From contig CAVXTP010000014.1 in the NCBI GenBank assembly GCA_963764715.1, positions 160,001 through 224,000 of the forward strand: a stretch of 64,000 bases of DNA. The letters are read 5' to 3'. A program made the translations under genes and the position numbers. Each line of letters begins with the position of its first letter. Positions within the stretch are counted from its first letter, which is position 1. Below, piece after piece: positions 7,934 through 18,261 of this stretch. A model generated the notes under the pieces. The model saw only the letters and a list, made by a program, of their open reading frames with translations. It ran no database searches and was not told the DNA's origin. This DNA is from an uncultured Acidobacteriota bacterium (GTDB lineage Bacteria > Acidobacteriota > Thermoanaerobaculia > UBA5066 > Gp7-AA6).

Positions 7934-10610
7934 ATGAGCAACCGCCTGAGAGTCGTCTTCGTTCTGGCCCTGATCGCCGGTGCCGTCGGCGCCCCGACCG
8001 CGGCGGCCGAACAACCCGCCTGGGTCTTCAGCGGTCCGACCGACGTCGGCACGATCTACGACTTGAAGGCGGCCGACGGGATCACCTGGGCGGGGACTTC
8101 GGCGGGGGTCTTTCGGTCGACGCCGTCCGGCGACGGATGGGAGCTCGCGGGCCTGCGCGCGGAGTGGGTTTCGGCGATCGCGGTGCGTCCCGGCTCGCCG
8201 GTCTTCGCCCTCTTCGGCCAGGGCGGCCTCGCCGTCAGCCGGGATGCCGGGAACTCGTGGGAGACGCTCGCTCCCAGCGGCTCCAATCTGTCGGCCGTGG
8301 CCATCGATCCGGACGACCCTTCGACGGCGTATCTCGGGAGCTTCGACGGGATCCTGTGGAAGTCGACCGATTCCGGCGCAACCTGGAAGCGGCTGGGCTC
8401 GACAGGTTTCTACTACCTCACGGCCGTCGACCTCGATCCCCACGACGGCGCGATCGTCGTCCTGGGCTACAGCCAGTCGAGCGGCAACGCCGCCCTTCAG
8501 CGCAGCACGGATGGCGGTGCGTCCTTCCAACCGGTCGCGATCGTCGGACACGCCGCCCCCCAGTGGAACGCGATCGCACCCGGCGCTCCCGGCTCCGGCC
8601 GGTTCTACGCGTCGATGACCGGTTTCGTCTGCGTGACCACCGACGGCGCCGTCGACTGGTCGTGCGCGCCCGTCACCCCGGTCGTGACGCGCATCGCCGA
8701 GGTCCCGGACACCGACCCGACGTCGACGCCCGTCGTCGTCGCTGACCTCGGATCACGGCGTGCTCGTCAGCAGCGACGGCGGAGATTCGTGGACGCAGGC
8801 TGGAGGGTCGCTGGCCACGGGCTACATGCTCGCCGCGGCGTTCGACTCCGAATCCGGCGCCGTCCTCGCCGGCACCGACGCGGGCATCTATCGCAGCGCC
8901 GACCGGGGAGCGACCTGGAACTGGCACGGCCATGGCCTCCGGTCGTCCTGGGTCACGACGGTGGCCGTCGATCCGTCCCACCCGGAGAACGTCGTCGCAA
9001 GCACCTTCGGGTTCTCGGTCAACCAGGGTCCGGGCCTCTTCCGTTCGAGCGACGCGGGGCACTTCTTCGACCCCTTCAGTGAGCCACCCCCCTCCGGCTT
9101 CACCTCGCTGGTCTTCGATCCGAACGACCCGTCGAGGCTCTATGGCACGGCGAACGGAACGTTCTATCGATCCGCGGACGCCGGAGCATCCTGGTCCGCG
9201 CTGACTCCGGTCAATTTCGGATTCGGCCGGCTTTCGGTCGACGCCCGATCGCCGGGACGGGTCTGGGCCGCCGAGAATTCGGGGCTCGTCTTCAGCCGCG
9301 ACGGCGGCGCGACCTTCCAGCGGGCCGCCGTGTCGCAGACCATCTACGATCTCGTCTTCGACAGTCACGACCCGACGACGCTCTACGCCAGCTCGTATCA
9401 CGACCTCGAGACCGGTTATTACGGCTACTCGTACCCCCGCGGGGGCTCGATTTTCGTCAGCCGGGACCTCGGCAACACGTGGACACGCAACGAGCAGGAC
9501 CTCGGCGCCCTGCCCCTGGTCCTCGCCGCCGACCCGTTCGCGGGCGCAGTCGTCTATGCCGGCACCTCGGGTCACGGGGTCATGCGCAGCAGCGACGCAG
9601 GCTCGACCTGGAAAATGTCGTCGGGCCCCGTTTCCCCGACCGTGGTGAGCGGGCTCGTGGCGGATCCGTCCCGGCCCGGCTACCTTTACGCGGCCGCGGA
9701 CGGGACGGTCTATCGCAGCCGGGATGGCGGCGCGAGCTGGGAGCACTTCGGAGAGGGAATCGACGGCCCGCCCGTGGGAAGCGTCGCGGTCGCCGGCGGG
9801 GGCCGGACCCTCCTGGCGGCTTCGACGGGAGCCGGGATCTACCAGATGGATCTGGGGACGAGCAGCCCGTCGTTCCCGTGCGTCGCGGGCCCCGAGCGTC
9901 TCTGCCTGATCGGGGGCCGATACGCCCTGGACGTCGCCGTCCAGAGCCGCGCTCTGTGGACCACGGGGGCGGCGCACGCCGTCACCGACCGGTCCGGGTA
10001 CTTCGCGTTCCCGAGAGTCACGGGCGACGCGACCTTCCCGGAGGTCGTCGTCAAGATGCTGCCCGCCGGCGCCCTCGGCCCGGGCGGCGCCGCGATCTTT
10101 CATTCCGGCCTCACGTCGCTTCCCTACGTCCTCACCCTCACGGACACGGTCACCGGCGAGCAGCACCAGTACGTCGGCAACCAGGGGGGCTCGCAGTGCG
10201 GCGGAGTGAGTCAGCCCTTCCCCGACGCGAGCGCCGCGGTCAGCCGGCCCGAAGCCACCGCCGCGCCCTCCGAGGCCGCGCTGTCGCTTCTCGATCACCG
10301 GTTCTCGGTGACCGTCCATGCCCGCCATCCGCGCACGGGGCGCGAGTCGAACGGCTTCGCGGTTTCCGGAAGCGACCGGTGGGGGTACTTCAGCATGCCG
10401 GACATCACGGGCGACGCGGCGTTGCCGGAAATCGTCGTCAAGATGGTCGACTTCAGCCAGATCAGCGGGAAGTTCTGGGTCTTCTACACGGGGCTGACCG
10501 GCTTCGACTACACCCTGACCGTCACCGACACGAAGACCGGGACCGTCCGGACCTACGAAAGCACCGACGCCTTCTGCGGCGCCTCCGACACGTCGGCGTT
10601 TCCCGAGTGA
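7934..10610 (+). CDS. Secreted BNR/Asp-box beta-propeller protein with two C-terminal Cys-containing modules; frameshifted near 8741 (sequencing error or pseudogene)
   Basis: Many S-x-D-x-G-x-x-W repeats in ORFs 7934..9082 and 8760..10610. Coding continues as ...VVV / LTSDHGVLVSSDGGDSW after a 1-nt shift at ~8741. Confidence 0.8.
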
Positions 10611-10672
10611 CCGCGGTGGATGAGACCCGCTGGTGATACCCTGACCACTTTCCGAACCACCGGAGCCCGGAC

Positions 10673-11908
10673 GTGAGCCACAGGAAAACGATCTCCCGAA
10701 GCGCCGCCGCGGCGGCGCTTTTCGCCTTCTCGCTCGCCGGCGCCCTGCGCGCCGACGAGCCCGGGTTCGTCCTCCAGGGCGAGGGCGGGCTCGTCACCGC
10801 CCTCGTGCTCGACCCGATCTCGACGGCCACGCTCTACGCGACGACCGGGCGCGGCCTCTACCAGTCGCGCGACGCGGGTGCGAGCTGGAGGTCGCGCGGG
10901 CGCGGCCTCGACGCGCATTCGGTCCTGGCCCTCGCGATCGACCCGTCCGCGCACGACACCCTCTATGCCGCGACGGATACGGGCGGCGTCTTCCGCAGCA
11001 CCGACGCCGGCGAGTCCTGGCGCCGTTCGAACGAGAGCCTCGAGCTGCGGTACGTCGGGACGATCGCCGTCGATCCGCACCGGCCGGGCTCGGTCTACGC
11101 GGGCGGCGAAGGCGGCCGTGTCTTTCGCAGCCTCGACTCCGGGGAGTCGTGGAGCGAGCTCGGGGCGACGACGGCGCGCGTCGCCGTGACGGCGATCGCC
11201 TTCGATCCCGCCACGGCCGGGACCATCTACATCGGGACCAACAGCGAGGGCTTCTTCAAGAGCACGGACGGCGGCGCGACGTGGCTGCGCCCCTTCAAGG
11301 CCATGAGCAAGGGAACGATCTGGAACCTGACGGTCGATCCGTCCGCGCCGAGGACGCTGTACGCCGGCATGCACGACGGCCTCTACCGCAGCGACGACTT
11401 CGGAACGACCTGGCGGCCCCTCCACAAGCGCCTCAAGAGCTACAACGTGCTCGCGCTCGCGATCGACCCCGCCAACTCGAAGACGCTCTACGCCGCGACG
11501 GCGATCGGAATCTACAAGTCCTCGGACGGCGGGGACTCGTGGATCCTCCTCAACCAGGACCTCTACGTGACGGCGATCGCGCTCGATCCGCGCGCGCCCG
11601 CGGTGCTGTACGCGGGCACCCAGCTCGGCGTCCTCAAGAGCGGTGACGCGGGGACGAAGTGGGCGCCGCTGAGGCTCACGGGCGAGCCGCCGGCGGCCCC
11701 CGTCCCCGGAGGCGCCACCGCGTCGGCTCCGGGCTCCGCCTCGACGCTCCCCCGCTTGCCCGTCGCCCGGCGGCCCGCCGCCCCGGGGCCGGCCGCGCCC
11801 GGCGCCTCTTCCAATCCCGGCACGCCGGCGCAGGACGGGCTCCGCGTCCTCCCGGTCAGGCCCCGCCCCACGCCGGCCGCGCAGCGGGTCGTCGTCGGCG
11901 ACGAATAG
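10673..11908 (+). CDS. Secreted BNR/Asp-box (YCF48/VPS10-like) beta-propeller protein with Pro/Ala-rich tail
   Basis: Signal peptide; repeated 'ALAIDP....LYA.T..G.F.S.D.G.SW' units. Confidence 0.85.
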   Translation: MSHRKTISRSAAAAALFAFSLAGALRADEPGFVLQGEGGLVTALVLDPISTATLYATTGRGLYQSRDAGASWRSRGRGLDAHSVLALAIDPSAHDTLYAATDTGGVFRSTDAGESWRRSNESLELRYVGTIAVDPHRPGSVYAGGEGGRVFRSLDSGESWSELGATTARVAVTAIAFDPATAGTIYIGTNSEGFFKSTDGGATWLRPFKAMSKGTIWNLTVDPSAPRTLYAGMHDGLYRSDDFGTTWRPLHKRLKSYNVLALAIDPANSKTLYAATAIGIYKSSDGGDSWILLNQDLYVTAIALDPRAPAVLYAGTQLGVLKSGDAGTKWAPLRLTGEPPAAPVPGGATASAPGSASTLPRLPVARRPAAPGPAAPGASSNPGTPAQDGLRVLPVRPRPTPAAQRVVVGDE

Positions 11909-11933
11909 CGCCGCCGACCGCGATCCGCGGGTC

Positions 11934-12911
11934 CTACTCCGCCGCGAACAGCGTCACGGCGAACCGGGCGTCGGACTCGACCCACTGCTGGAGCAGGCGG
12001 AAACCCGCGTCGGCGCCCATGCGGACGACCTCTTCGGCGTCGTACTTGTAGGAGCTCTCCGTCCAGATGGGCTCCCCGCGCGCGAACGCCACGGTCGTTC
12101 CCGCCCTCGGGATCACCACCGTCTGGTCGGCCAGGGAGACGAGGTGCATCTCGACGCGCCGCTCCACGGGATTCCAGACGGCGCGGTGGGCGAACGCGGA
12201 GAGGTCGAAGTCGGCGAGGAGCTCCGTGTTCATGCGCGCCAGCAGGTTCTTGTTGAACGCCGCCGTGACGCCGAGCGGATCGTCGTAGGCGAGAAGCAGC
12301 TCGCTCTCGGGCTTGACGAGGTCCGCGCCGAGCAGGAGCGCGTCGCCCGGCCGCAGGGACCTCCGGATGTCCGCCAGGAACTCGTCGGCGGCGGGGCGAT
12401 CGAAGTTGCCGATGTTCGACCCGAGGAAGATCGCGAGCATCGTGCCGTGCGACGGGCGCTGCTCGGCCGCGTGGCGCAGGCCCTCCTCGTACGTCGCCCG
12501 GTGGCCGACGACCGAGACGTGCTCGAGCGCGCCGAGGGTGCGTTCGGAGAGCTCGAGGGCGTCGGGCGAAATGTCGATCAGGTGGACGAGAACGCGCTTG
12601 CGCCGGCTGCGGAGGTTCTCGGCGAGCATCGCGAGCTTCTCGCCGCTGCCGCAGCCGAGCTCGACGAACGTGATGGGGTCCTCGAGCGCGCTGACCATTT
12701 CTCCCGAGAACCGCGCGAGCAGCCGTCCCTCGGCCCGCGTGATCCGGTACCACGGAAGGCGGCAGATGGCCTCGAAGAGGGCCGAGCCCAGCCCGTTGTA
12801 GAGGTAGCGGGACTGGATCTGCTTCGGCACGAGCGCGAGGTCGCGCCGCACGTCGTCGGCGAAGTCGCGGACCGCCTCGGCGGGCGGCGCCTGGGCGCTC
12901 AGGGGGATCAC
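11934..12911 (-). CDS. egtD: L-histidine N-alpha-methyltransferase (hercynine synthase)
   Basis: GTG 12911 overlaps the egtB stop (GTGA). Motifs PKQI..RYLY..LGSALFEAICRLP, VELGCGSGEK, FLGSNIGNF, LLLGADLVK, AYDDPLGVTAAFNKNLL, RVEMHL, IWTESSYKY. Confidence 0.9.
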   Translation of the reverse strand: MIPLSAQAPPAEAVRDFADDVRRDLALVPKQIQSRYLYNGLGSALFEAICRLPWYRITRAEGRLLARFSGEMVSALEDPITFVELGCGSGEKLAMLAENLRSRRKRVLVHLIDISPDALELSERTLGALEHVSVVGHRATYEEGLRHAAEQRPSHGTMLAIFLGSNIGNFDRPAADEFLADIRRSLRPGDALLLGADLVKPESELLLAYDDPLGVTAAFNKNLLARMNTELLADFDLSAFAHRAVWNPVERRVEMHLVSLADQTVVIPRAGTTVAFARGEPIWTESSYKYDAEEVVRMGADAGFRLLQQWVESDARFAVTLFAAE

Positions 12912-14236
12912 GGCGCGACCGTCCGGAACTTGGCGTACACGTAGGGATAGTTGGGCCGGAACCAGTTGCGGAAGCTCCGCCGCACGAGCTCCTTCGGGGT
13001 CGCGGGCGAGGCGCCCTTCAGGACGTAGTGCTTTCCGTCGAAGAAGTCCGCGGAGTACCGCGGGTACGAAGGCATCGGCTCGAAGCCGGGAAGCGGCGCG
13101 AAGACCGTCGACGTCCACTCCCAGCCGTTGCCGACGAGGTCGCGGACGCCCCACGCGCTGGTCCCGCGAGGAAAGGACGCCACCGGCACGGGGTCCGCGC
13201 CGGCGACGTCGAAGTGGCCGCGCGTCGCATCGGGCGGCGCATCGCCCCAGGGCTGCGGGCGCTCGCCGCCGCCCGGTTCGCCGTAGGCCGCGCGGTGATA
13301 CTCGGCTTCCGTCGGCAGGCGCCGGCCCTTCCAGCGCGCCCAGGCGGACGCCTCGGCGTGGGAGACCCAGGCCGGCCAGGCCATCGGCAGCGGCACGAGG
13401 TCCCACATCCCCCGCCACATCCAGGCGCCGCGGTGGAGCTCCCAGAAGAGCGGGCTCCGGACGTCGTGCGCGAGGCGCCAGGACCGGCCCTCCTCGTCCC
13501 AGAGCGCTTCGTCCTCGTAGCCGCCGGCCTCGACGAACTCCATGAAGTCGCGGTTCGTGACGCTGTCGACGTCGATGTCGAAGGCGGGGACCTCGGCTTC
13601 GATTCGTGGAAACTCGTTGTCCCAACCGAAGGCCATCTCGCCACGATTCGCGCCGAGCGTCGCCCGTCCCGCGTCGACCCGGACGCTCCGCCGGGGCGGC
13701 GGCTCGCTCCCCGGCCGGGGCGCGGGAAGCCCGGCCGGACGGATTTTCTGGCCGTAGGGCAGGCGATGGAGGATGTAGGACAGCGTCTCGTGGTGCATGG
13801 GGTCGTGCTCGAGCACCGTGTACGCGGCGAGGCCTCCGGCGAGAACCGGACGGCTCTCGTCCGCGATGTCGGCCTCGGCGATCGCCTCGAGCACCTTGCG
13901 GTCCGCGGCGGCGGCGAAGCTGCGGATCGCGATCCGGGAAGGCCACGAACGGGCCGTGCCGGGGACCGCCTTCTCGTCCTCCGGGTCGATCCCGCGCTCG
14001 AACAGGACCTCCAGATCCTCGTCGACCCCGGGCTGCCCCAGCCCGCGCTTGACCAGGGTGTTCACGGCGAAGGCCGGGAGGTGGCCCTCGTAGAAGCAGA
14101 TCGGATTGCGGAGGGGAATCGGCCGGGACTCGTAGGCCTCGGGACGGACCGCGTCGAAGATCGCGTCCGCACGCTCGCGGTTGCGGACGTACCAGGCGGC
14201 GAGAGCGGCTCGATCGAGGTCCAGGGCCGTCGGCAT
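12908..14236 (-). CDS. egtB: EgtB/OvoA-family non-heme iron sulfoxide synthase (DinB + FGE-sulfatase domains)
   Basis: FYEGH and HDPMHHE iron-ligand motifs, FGWDNE, RLPTEAEY, GNGWEW, RRSFRNWF. Adjacent to egtD. Probable start ATG 14236. Confidence 0.85.
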   Translation of the reverse strand: MPTALDLDRAALAAWYVRNRERADAIFDAVRPEAYESRPIPLRNPICFYEGHLPAFAVNTLVKRGLGQPGVDEDLEVLFERGIDPEDEKAVPGTARSWPSRIAIRSFAAAADRKVLEAIAEADIADESRPVLAGGLAAYTVLEHDPMHHETLSYILHRLPYGQKIRPAGLPAPRPGSEPPPRRSVRVDAGRATLGANRGEMAFGWDNEFPRIEAEVPAFDIDVDSVTNRDFMEFVEAGGYEDEALWDEEGRSWRLAHDVRSPLFWELHRGAWMWRGMWDLVPLPMAWPAWVSHAEASAWARWKGRRLPTEAEYHRAAYGEPGGGERPQPWGDAPPDATRGHFDVAGADPVPVASFPRGTSAWGVRDLVGNGWEWTSTVFAPLPGFEPMPSYPRYSADFFDGKHYVLKGASPATPKELVRRSFRNWFRPNYPYVYAKFRTVAP

Positions 14237-14349
14237 CGGGTCAAGATATACCTGCAAGGAAGATGCTAGATTTGGCCCTCGGCGGCCGCGTCCCCCGGGG
14301 TGCGAAACCGTCCGCGAGGTTCGCGAAGCCCGAAGGGAGTCCCATCGCC

Positions 14350-14796
14350 ATGGATTCGGAGGTCAAAGTGGTCAACGAGAACGAGGAACAGAACACGGTC
14401 GTCCCGATTGCGTCGAAGAGCCCGCGCAAGCCCGCCGCGCGGAAGTCTCCCGCCCGCAAGGCCACGGCCCGGAAGGCCCGGCCCGCGGGGGCGGCGCGCC
14501 GGAAGCCGGCGGCCCGGCGGAAGGCGCGCCCGACGACGATCGAGGGAGTGATCCGATCGATCACCGGGGGCGTCTCGGTCGCCCGCGCCGCGATCGCGGA
14601 AGCGTCCGGCCAGGGGGCCACGGTCGTCCGCCGCGCCGTGGGCAGCGCCACGAAGGTTTCGCGAAAGACGGTCACGCGGCTCGCCAACGAGTGGAAGGCG
14701 ATGGACCCGAAGAAGAAGGCCCGCGTTCTCGCGGCCCTTCTCGGGGCCGCGGCCGCCGCTTCGGCGCCGCTCGTGCGCAAGTCCTTCAAGCGATAG
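14350..14796 (+). CDS. Lys/Arg/Ala-rich histone H1-like basic protein with hydrophobic C-terminus
   Basis: KSPRKPAARKSPARKATARKARPAGAARRKPAARRKARP low-complexity basic segment. ATG 14350 preceded by GGGAG. Stop overlaps the next start. Confidence 0.6.
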   Translation: MDSEVKVVNENEEQNTVVPIASKSPRKPAARKSPARKATARKARPAGAARRKPAARRKARPTTIEGVIRSITGGVSVARAAIAEASGQGATVVRRAVGSATKVSRKTVTRLANEWKAMDPKKKARVLAALLGAAAAASAPLVRKSFKR

Positions 14797-17414
14797 TGCC
14801 GAGGCGCCGCGCCGCTCTCGCGCTGGCCGCGGGGCTCGCGGCGCTCTTCGTCTGCGCCGTCCCGCGGGCCGACCAGGCGGCGGCCTCGTTCTACAGCCTC
14901 ACGCCGCCGACGGCGGGCGGCCTCGAGGCCGTCGACCGCGCGCTCGCGCGACTCTCGGCGCACCGGCGCCTGCTGGTGGTGGGGGCGCATCCGGACGACG
15001 AGGACACGGAGATCCTGGCCTTCGTCGCGCGCGGGCTCGGTGGCGAGGCGGCGTACCTCTCCCTGACGCGCGGCGAGGGCGGCCAGAACCTGGTCGGGCC
15101 GGATCTCGGCGTCGGCCTCGGACTCGTCCGCTCGCAGGAGCTCGGCGCGGCCCGCCGGCTCGACGGCGCCCGGCAGTTCTTCACGCGCGCCTACGACTTC
15201 GGATTCACGCGCTCGCTCGACGAGGCGTTTTCGAAGTGGCCGCGCGAAGCGATCTTCGGCGACGCGGTGCGGGTCGTGCGCCGCTTCCGCCCGCAGGTCG
15301 TCGTCAGCATCTTCAACGGCACCGCGCGCGACGGGCACGGACAGCACCAGGCCGCCGGCGTGACCGCGCGCGAAGCCTACCGGCTGGCGGGCGACCCCTC
15401 GGCGTACCCGGAGCTCGCGGCCGAGGGCCTGAGCCCCTGGAAGCCGGTGACGCTCCTCCAGGAGACGGGCTACTGGAGGGACCAGGCGGCGACGACCGTC
15501 GTCCTCGACACCGGGCGCGTCGAGCCGCTGACCGGGCGTTCCGTCTACCAGGTCGCCATGGCGAGCCGGAGCCTCCACCGGTCGCAGGACATGGGCCAGC
15601 TCCAGGAGCCCGGGCCGAACCAGACGACGGTCGGCTGGGTCGGCGGCGGCGCGGGGCGCGACGGCCGCGATCTCTTCTCCGGCGTCGACACGCGCCTGCG
15701 GGCGATCGCCGCCGAGGTCCGGGACCCGGCGCGGCGGGCGGAGATCGAGAAACGGCTCGACGCGGTCGAGGCCGGGGTCGCCGAGGCGCGGCGCCGCCTC
15801 TCGACGCCCGACCTGCCCTCGACGGTCCCGGCGCTCGCGAAAGTGCTGTCGAACCTGCGCGCCGCGCGCGGGCTCGTCCGCGACGGCGACGGGGGCACGG
15901 CCATGCTCCTCGACGAGAAGCTCGCGCTCGCGCAGAACGCCCTCGCCGGCGCGGCCGGAGTCACGCTCGACGCGGTCTCGGAGCGGGAGACCGCGGCGCC
16001 CGGCGAGTCGCTCGAAGTCACGTCCTCCGTCTGGAACGCGGGCGGGCAGAGCGTCTCGGTCGAGAGCGTCGCCGTCGAATCGCCGGCCGGCTGGTCGGCC
16101 GCCCCGGCCGCCGGCGCGAAGACGGTCGCGCCCGGAAAGCTCGAGGAGTGGAAGAGCCGGGCGAGCGTGCCCGCCGGGGCCCCCGCCACGGTCCCGTACT
16201 TTCTCGAACGCCCGCTCCAGGCCGATCTCTACGACTGGAGCTCGGCGCCCCCCGGCGTCCGGGGCGACCCGTTCCAGCCGGCGCCCCTGCGGTCGGTCGC
16301 GCGCCTGACGATCGCGGGAGAGAGCGTCGTCCTCGAGCGCGACGTCTCCTTCCGCGTGCGCGACCAGGAACTCGGCGAGGTCCGCCGCCCCGTGCGCGCC
16401 GCACCGTCGGTCGAGGTCGCGGTCGAGCCGGACCTGCTCGTCTGGCCCCTCGGCCAGGCGTCGCGGCGACTCGAGGTCTCGCTGCTGTCGCACGCGGCGA
16501 CCCCGGTCTCGGGACGCCTCGAGGTCGTCCCTCCCGCCGGCTGGCCCGCGCCGGCGCCGCGGCCGTTCACGCTCGCGAAGGCCGGCGAACGCGTCTTCTT
16601 CGACGTCGACCTCCAGGCCCCGCCGGCGCTTTCCCCGGGGCGCCACGAGGTCCGCTTCGCCGCGCGAATCGACGGAGGCGCCGCGGCCGACCTCGGCATC
16701 CGCCTCATCGATTACGGGTACATCCCGCGCACGCCCATGCCCGAGCGGGCGCAGGCGAAGATCTCGGCCGCCGACATCCGGTTTCCGCCGCTCAAGCGCC
16801 TCGGCTACGTGCGCGGCGCGGCGGACCGCGTTCCGGAGGCGCTGACCGCGCTCGGCGTCCCGGTCGAGATCCTGACCGCGCGCGACCTCGACGCGGGAGA
16901 CCTCTCGCGCTACGACGCGATCCTCGTCGGGAGCCGCGCGTACGAGACCGACCCGGCGCTGCCGCGGGCCAACGGGCGCCTGCTCGACTATGCCCGGGCC
17001 GGGGGCCTCGTCGTCGTCCAGTATCAGCAGTACCCTTTCATCCAGGGAGGCTATGCCCCGTTCGCCCTCGAGATCGCGCGGCCGCACGACCGCGTCACGG
17101 ACGAGACGGCCCGGGTGACCGTGCTCGACCCCGCGAGCCCGATCTTCACGACGCCCAACCGCATCGGGTCCGAGGACTGGTCCGGCTGGGTCCAGGAGCG
17201 CGGCCTCTACTTCGCGCACACATGGGCGCCGGAGTACACGCCGCTGCTCGCGATGGCCGATCCGGGCGGCCCCGAGCAGAAGGGCGGCCTGCTCGTCGCG
17301 AAGCTCGGCCGGGGCCGCTACGTCTACACCGGGCTCGCGTTCTTCCGGCAGCTCCCCGCCGGGGTGCCGGGCGCCTATCGACTGCTCGCCAATCTCCTCG
17401 CGTGGAAGTCCTGA
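14796..17414 (+). CDS. PIG-L/LmbE family deacetylase, large secreted form
   Basis: GAHPDDED, LTRGEGGQN, R..E, GHGQH motifs, followed by an Ig-like region and a C-terminal WVQERGLYF/RQLPAGVPGAYRL domain. GTG start at 14796. Confidence 0.9.
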   Translation: MPRRRAALALAAGLAALFVCAVPRADQAAASFYSLTPPTAGGLEAVDRALARLSAHRRLLVVGAHPDDEDTEILAFVARGLGGEAAYLSLTRGEGGQNLVGPDLGVGLGLVRSQELGAARRLDGARQFFTRAYDFGFTRSLDEAFSKWPREAIFGDAVRVVRRFRPQVVVSIFNGTARDGHGQHQAAGVTAREAYRLAGDPSAYPELAAEGLSPWKPVTLLQETGYWRDQAATTVVLDTGRVEPLTGRSVYQVAMASRSLHRSQDMGQLQEPGPNQTTVGWVGGGAGRDGRDLFSGVDTRLRAIAAEVRDPARRAEIEKRLDAVEAGVAEARRRLSTPDLPSTVPALAKVLSNLRAARGLVRDGDGGTAMLLDEKLALAQNALAGAAGVTLDAVSERETAAPGESLEVTSSVWNAGGQSVSVESVAVESPAGWSAAPAAGAKTVAPGKLEEWKSRASVPAGAPATVPYFLERPLQADLYDWSSAPPGVRGDPFQPAPLRSVARLTIAGESVVLERDVSFRVRDQELGEVRRPVRAAPSVEVAVEPDLLVWPLGQASRRLEVSLLSHAATPVSGRLEVVPPAGWPAPAPRPFTLAKAGERVFFDVDLQAPPALSPGRHEVRFAARIDGGAAADLGIRLIDYGYIPRTPMPERAQAKISAADIRFPPLKRLGYVRGAADRVPEALTALGVPVEILTARDLDAGDLSRYDAILVGSRAYETDPALPRANGRLLDYARAGGLVVVQYQQYPFIQGGYAPFALEIARPHDRVTDETARVTVLDPASPIFTTPNRIGSEDWSGWVQERGLYFAHTWAPEYTPLLAMADPGGPEQKGGLLVAKLGRGRYVYTGLAFFRQLPAGVPGAYRLLANLLAWKS

Positions 17415-17430
17415 ACCGAAGGAGGCCGAC

Positions 17431-18261
17431 ATGATCCGCCGATTCCTCGCCGCCGCCGCCCTGGCCCTCATCGCATCCGCCGCCTCGGCCCAGTTCGAGG
17501 GGGAAGCGACGTTCAAGATCACGACCCGGCGCGAGAAGGGGGCCCCGCTCGAGGGCACGGCCCACATGTTCTCCTCGAAGACGGGCTTCCGCATGGAGTG
17601 GGAGATGGCGACGGGCGCGAGCCGCCGGGGCGGCCCGCAGCAGATCAAGATGGTGATGCTCGCGAAGCTCCCGAACCCGGAGAAGGTCTACCTCGTCAAC
17701 GACGCCAACCGGACGTACTCCGTGTGGGACACGAAAAAGGCGCGCGACGACGCGAAGACGGCTCCGAAGGAAACGTACACGGTCGAGAAGCTCGGGATGG
17801 ATCGCGTCGCCGGCTACCCCTGCCAGAACGTCCGCGTCACGTCGTCGAAAGGCAGCGTGTTCGACCTCTGCGTCACGAAGGAGTTCGGCGCGTCGAGCGA
17901 CTGGCTGGCGGCGATGAACCGCAACGATTCGGACGCCGGCTCCTGGCTGAAGTCCCTGCGCGACGCCGGCATCGAGGGCTCCCCCGTCCGCTGGTCGGTG
18001 CGGACCAAGGGCTCGGCGGAGCCGACGATGGTCATGGAGCTCGTGCGGGCCGACAAGAAGGCCCTCTCCGCGGCGCTCTTCGAGGTGCCGGCCGGCTACA
18101 AGGAGACCGGGATGGCGGTCGGCGGCCTCACGCCCGAGCAGGAGAAGGCGATGGCCGACGCGCGCGCCCAGATGCAGGAAGCCCTGAAGGACATGACGCC
18201 CGAGCAGCGCAAGCAGTACGAGGAGATGATGAAGCGCTACGCCCCGACGCCGGCTCCGTGA
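17431..18261 (+). CDS. Secreted DUF4412-like protein
   Basis: Signal peptide, FEG N-terminus, 'VAGYPC' and 'LFEVPAGY' motifs; good RBS (AGGAGG). Confidence 0.7.
   Translation: MIRRFLAAAALALIASAASAQFEGEATFKITTRREKGAPLEGTAHMFSSKTGFRMEWEMATGASRRGGPQQIKMVMLAKLPNPEKVYLVNDANRTYSVWDTKKARDDAKTAPKETYTVEKLGMDRVAGYPCQNVRVTSSKGSVFDLCVTKEFGASSDWLAAMNRNDSDAGSWLKSLRDAGIEGSPVRWSVRTKGSAEPTMVMELVRADKKALSAALFEVPAGYKETGMAVGGLTPEQEKAMADARAQMQEALKDMTPEQRKQYEEMMKRYAPTPAP

Noticed and set aside
11934-13946. 670-aa extended EgtD, and the similar N-terminal extensions of ORFs 14181, 17598, 50339 and 62184
   Set aside because: The extensions overlap upstream genes in another frame; the true starts sit at start/stop overlaps.
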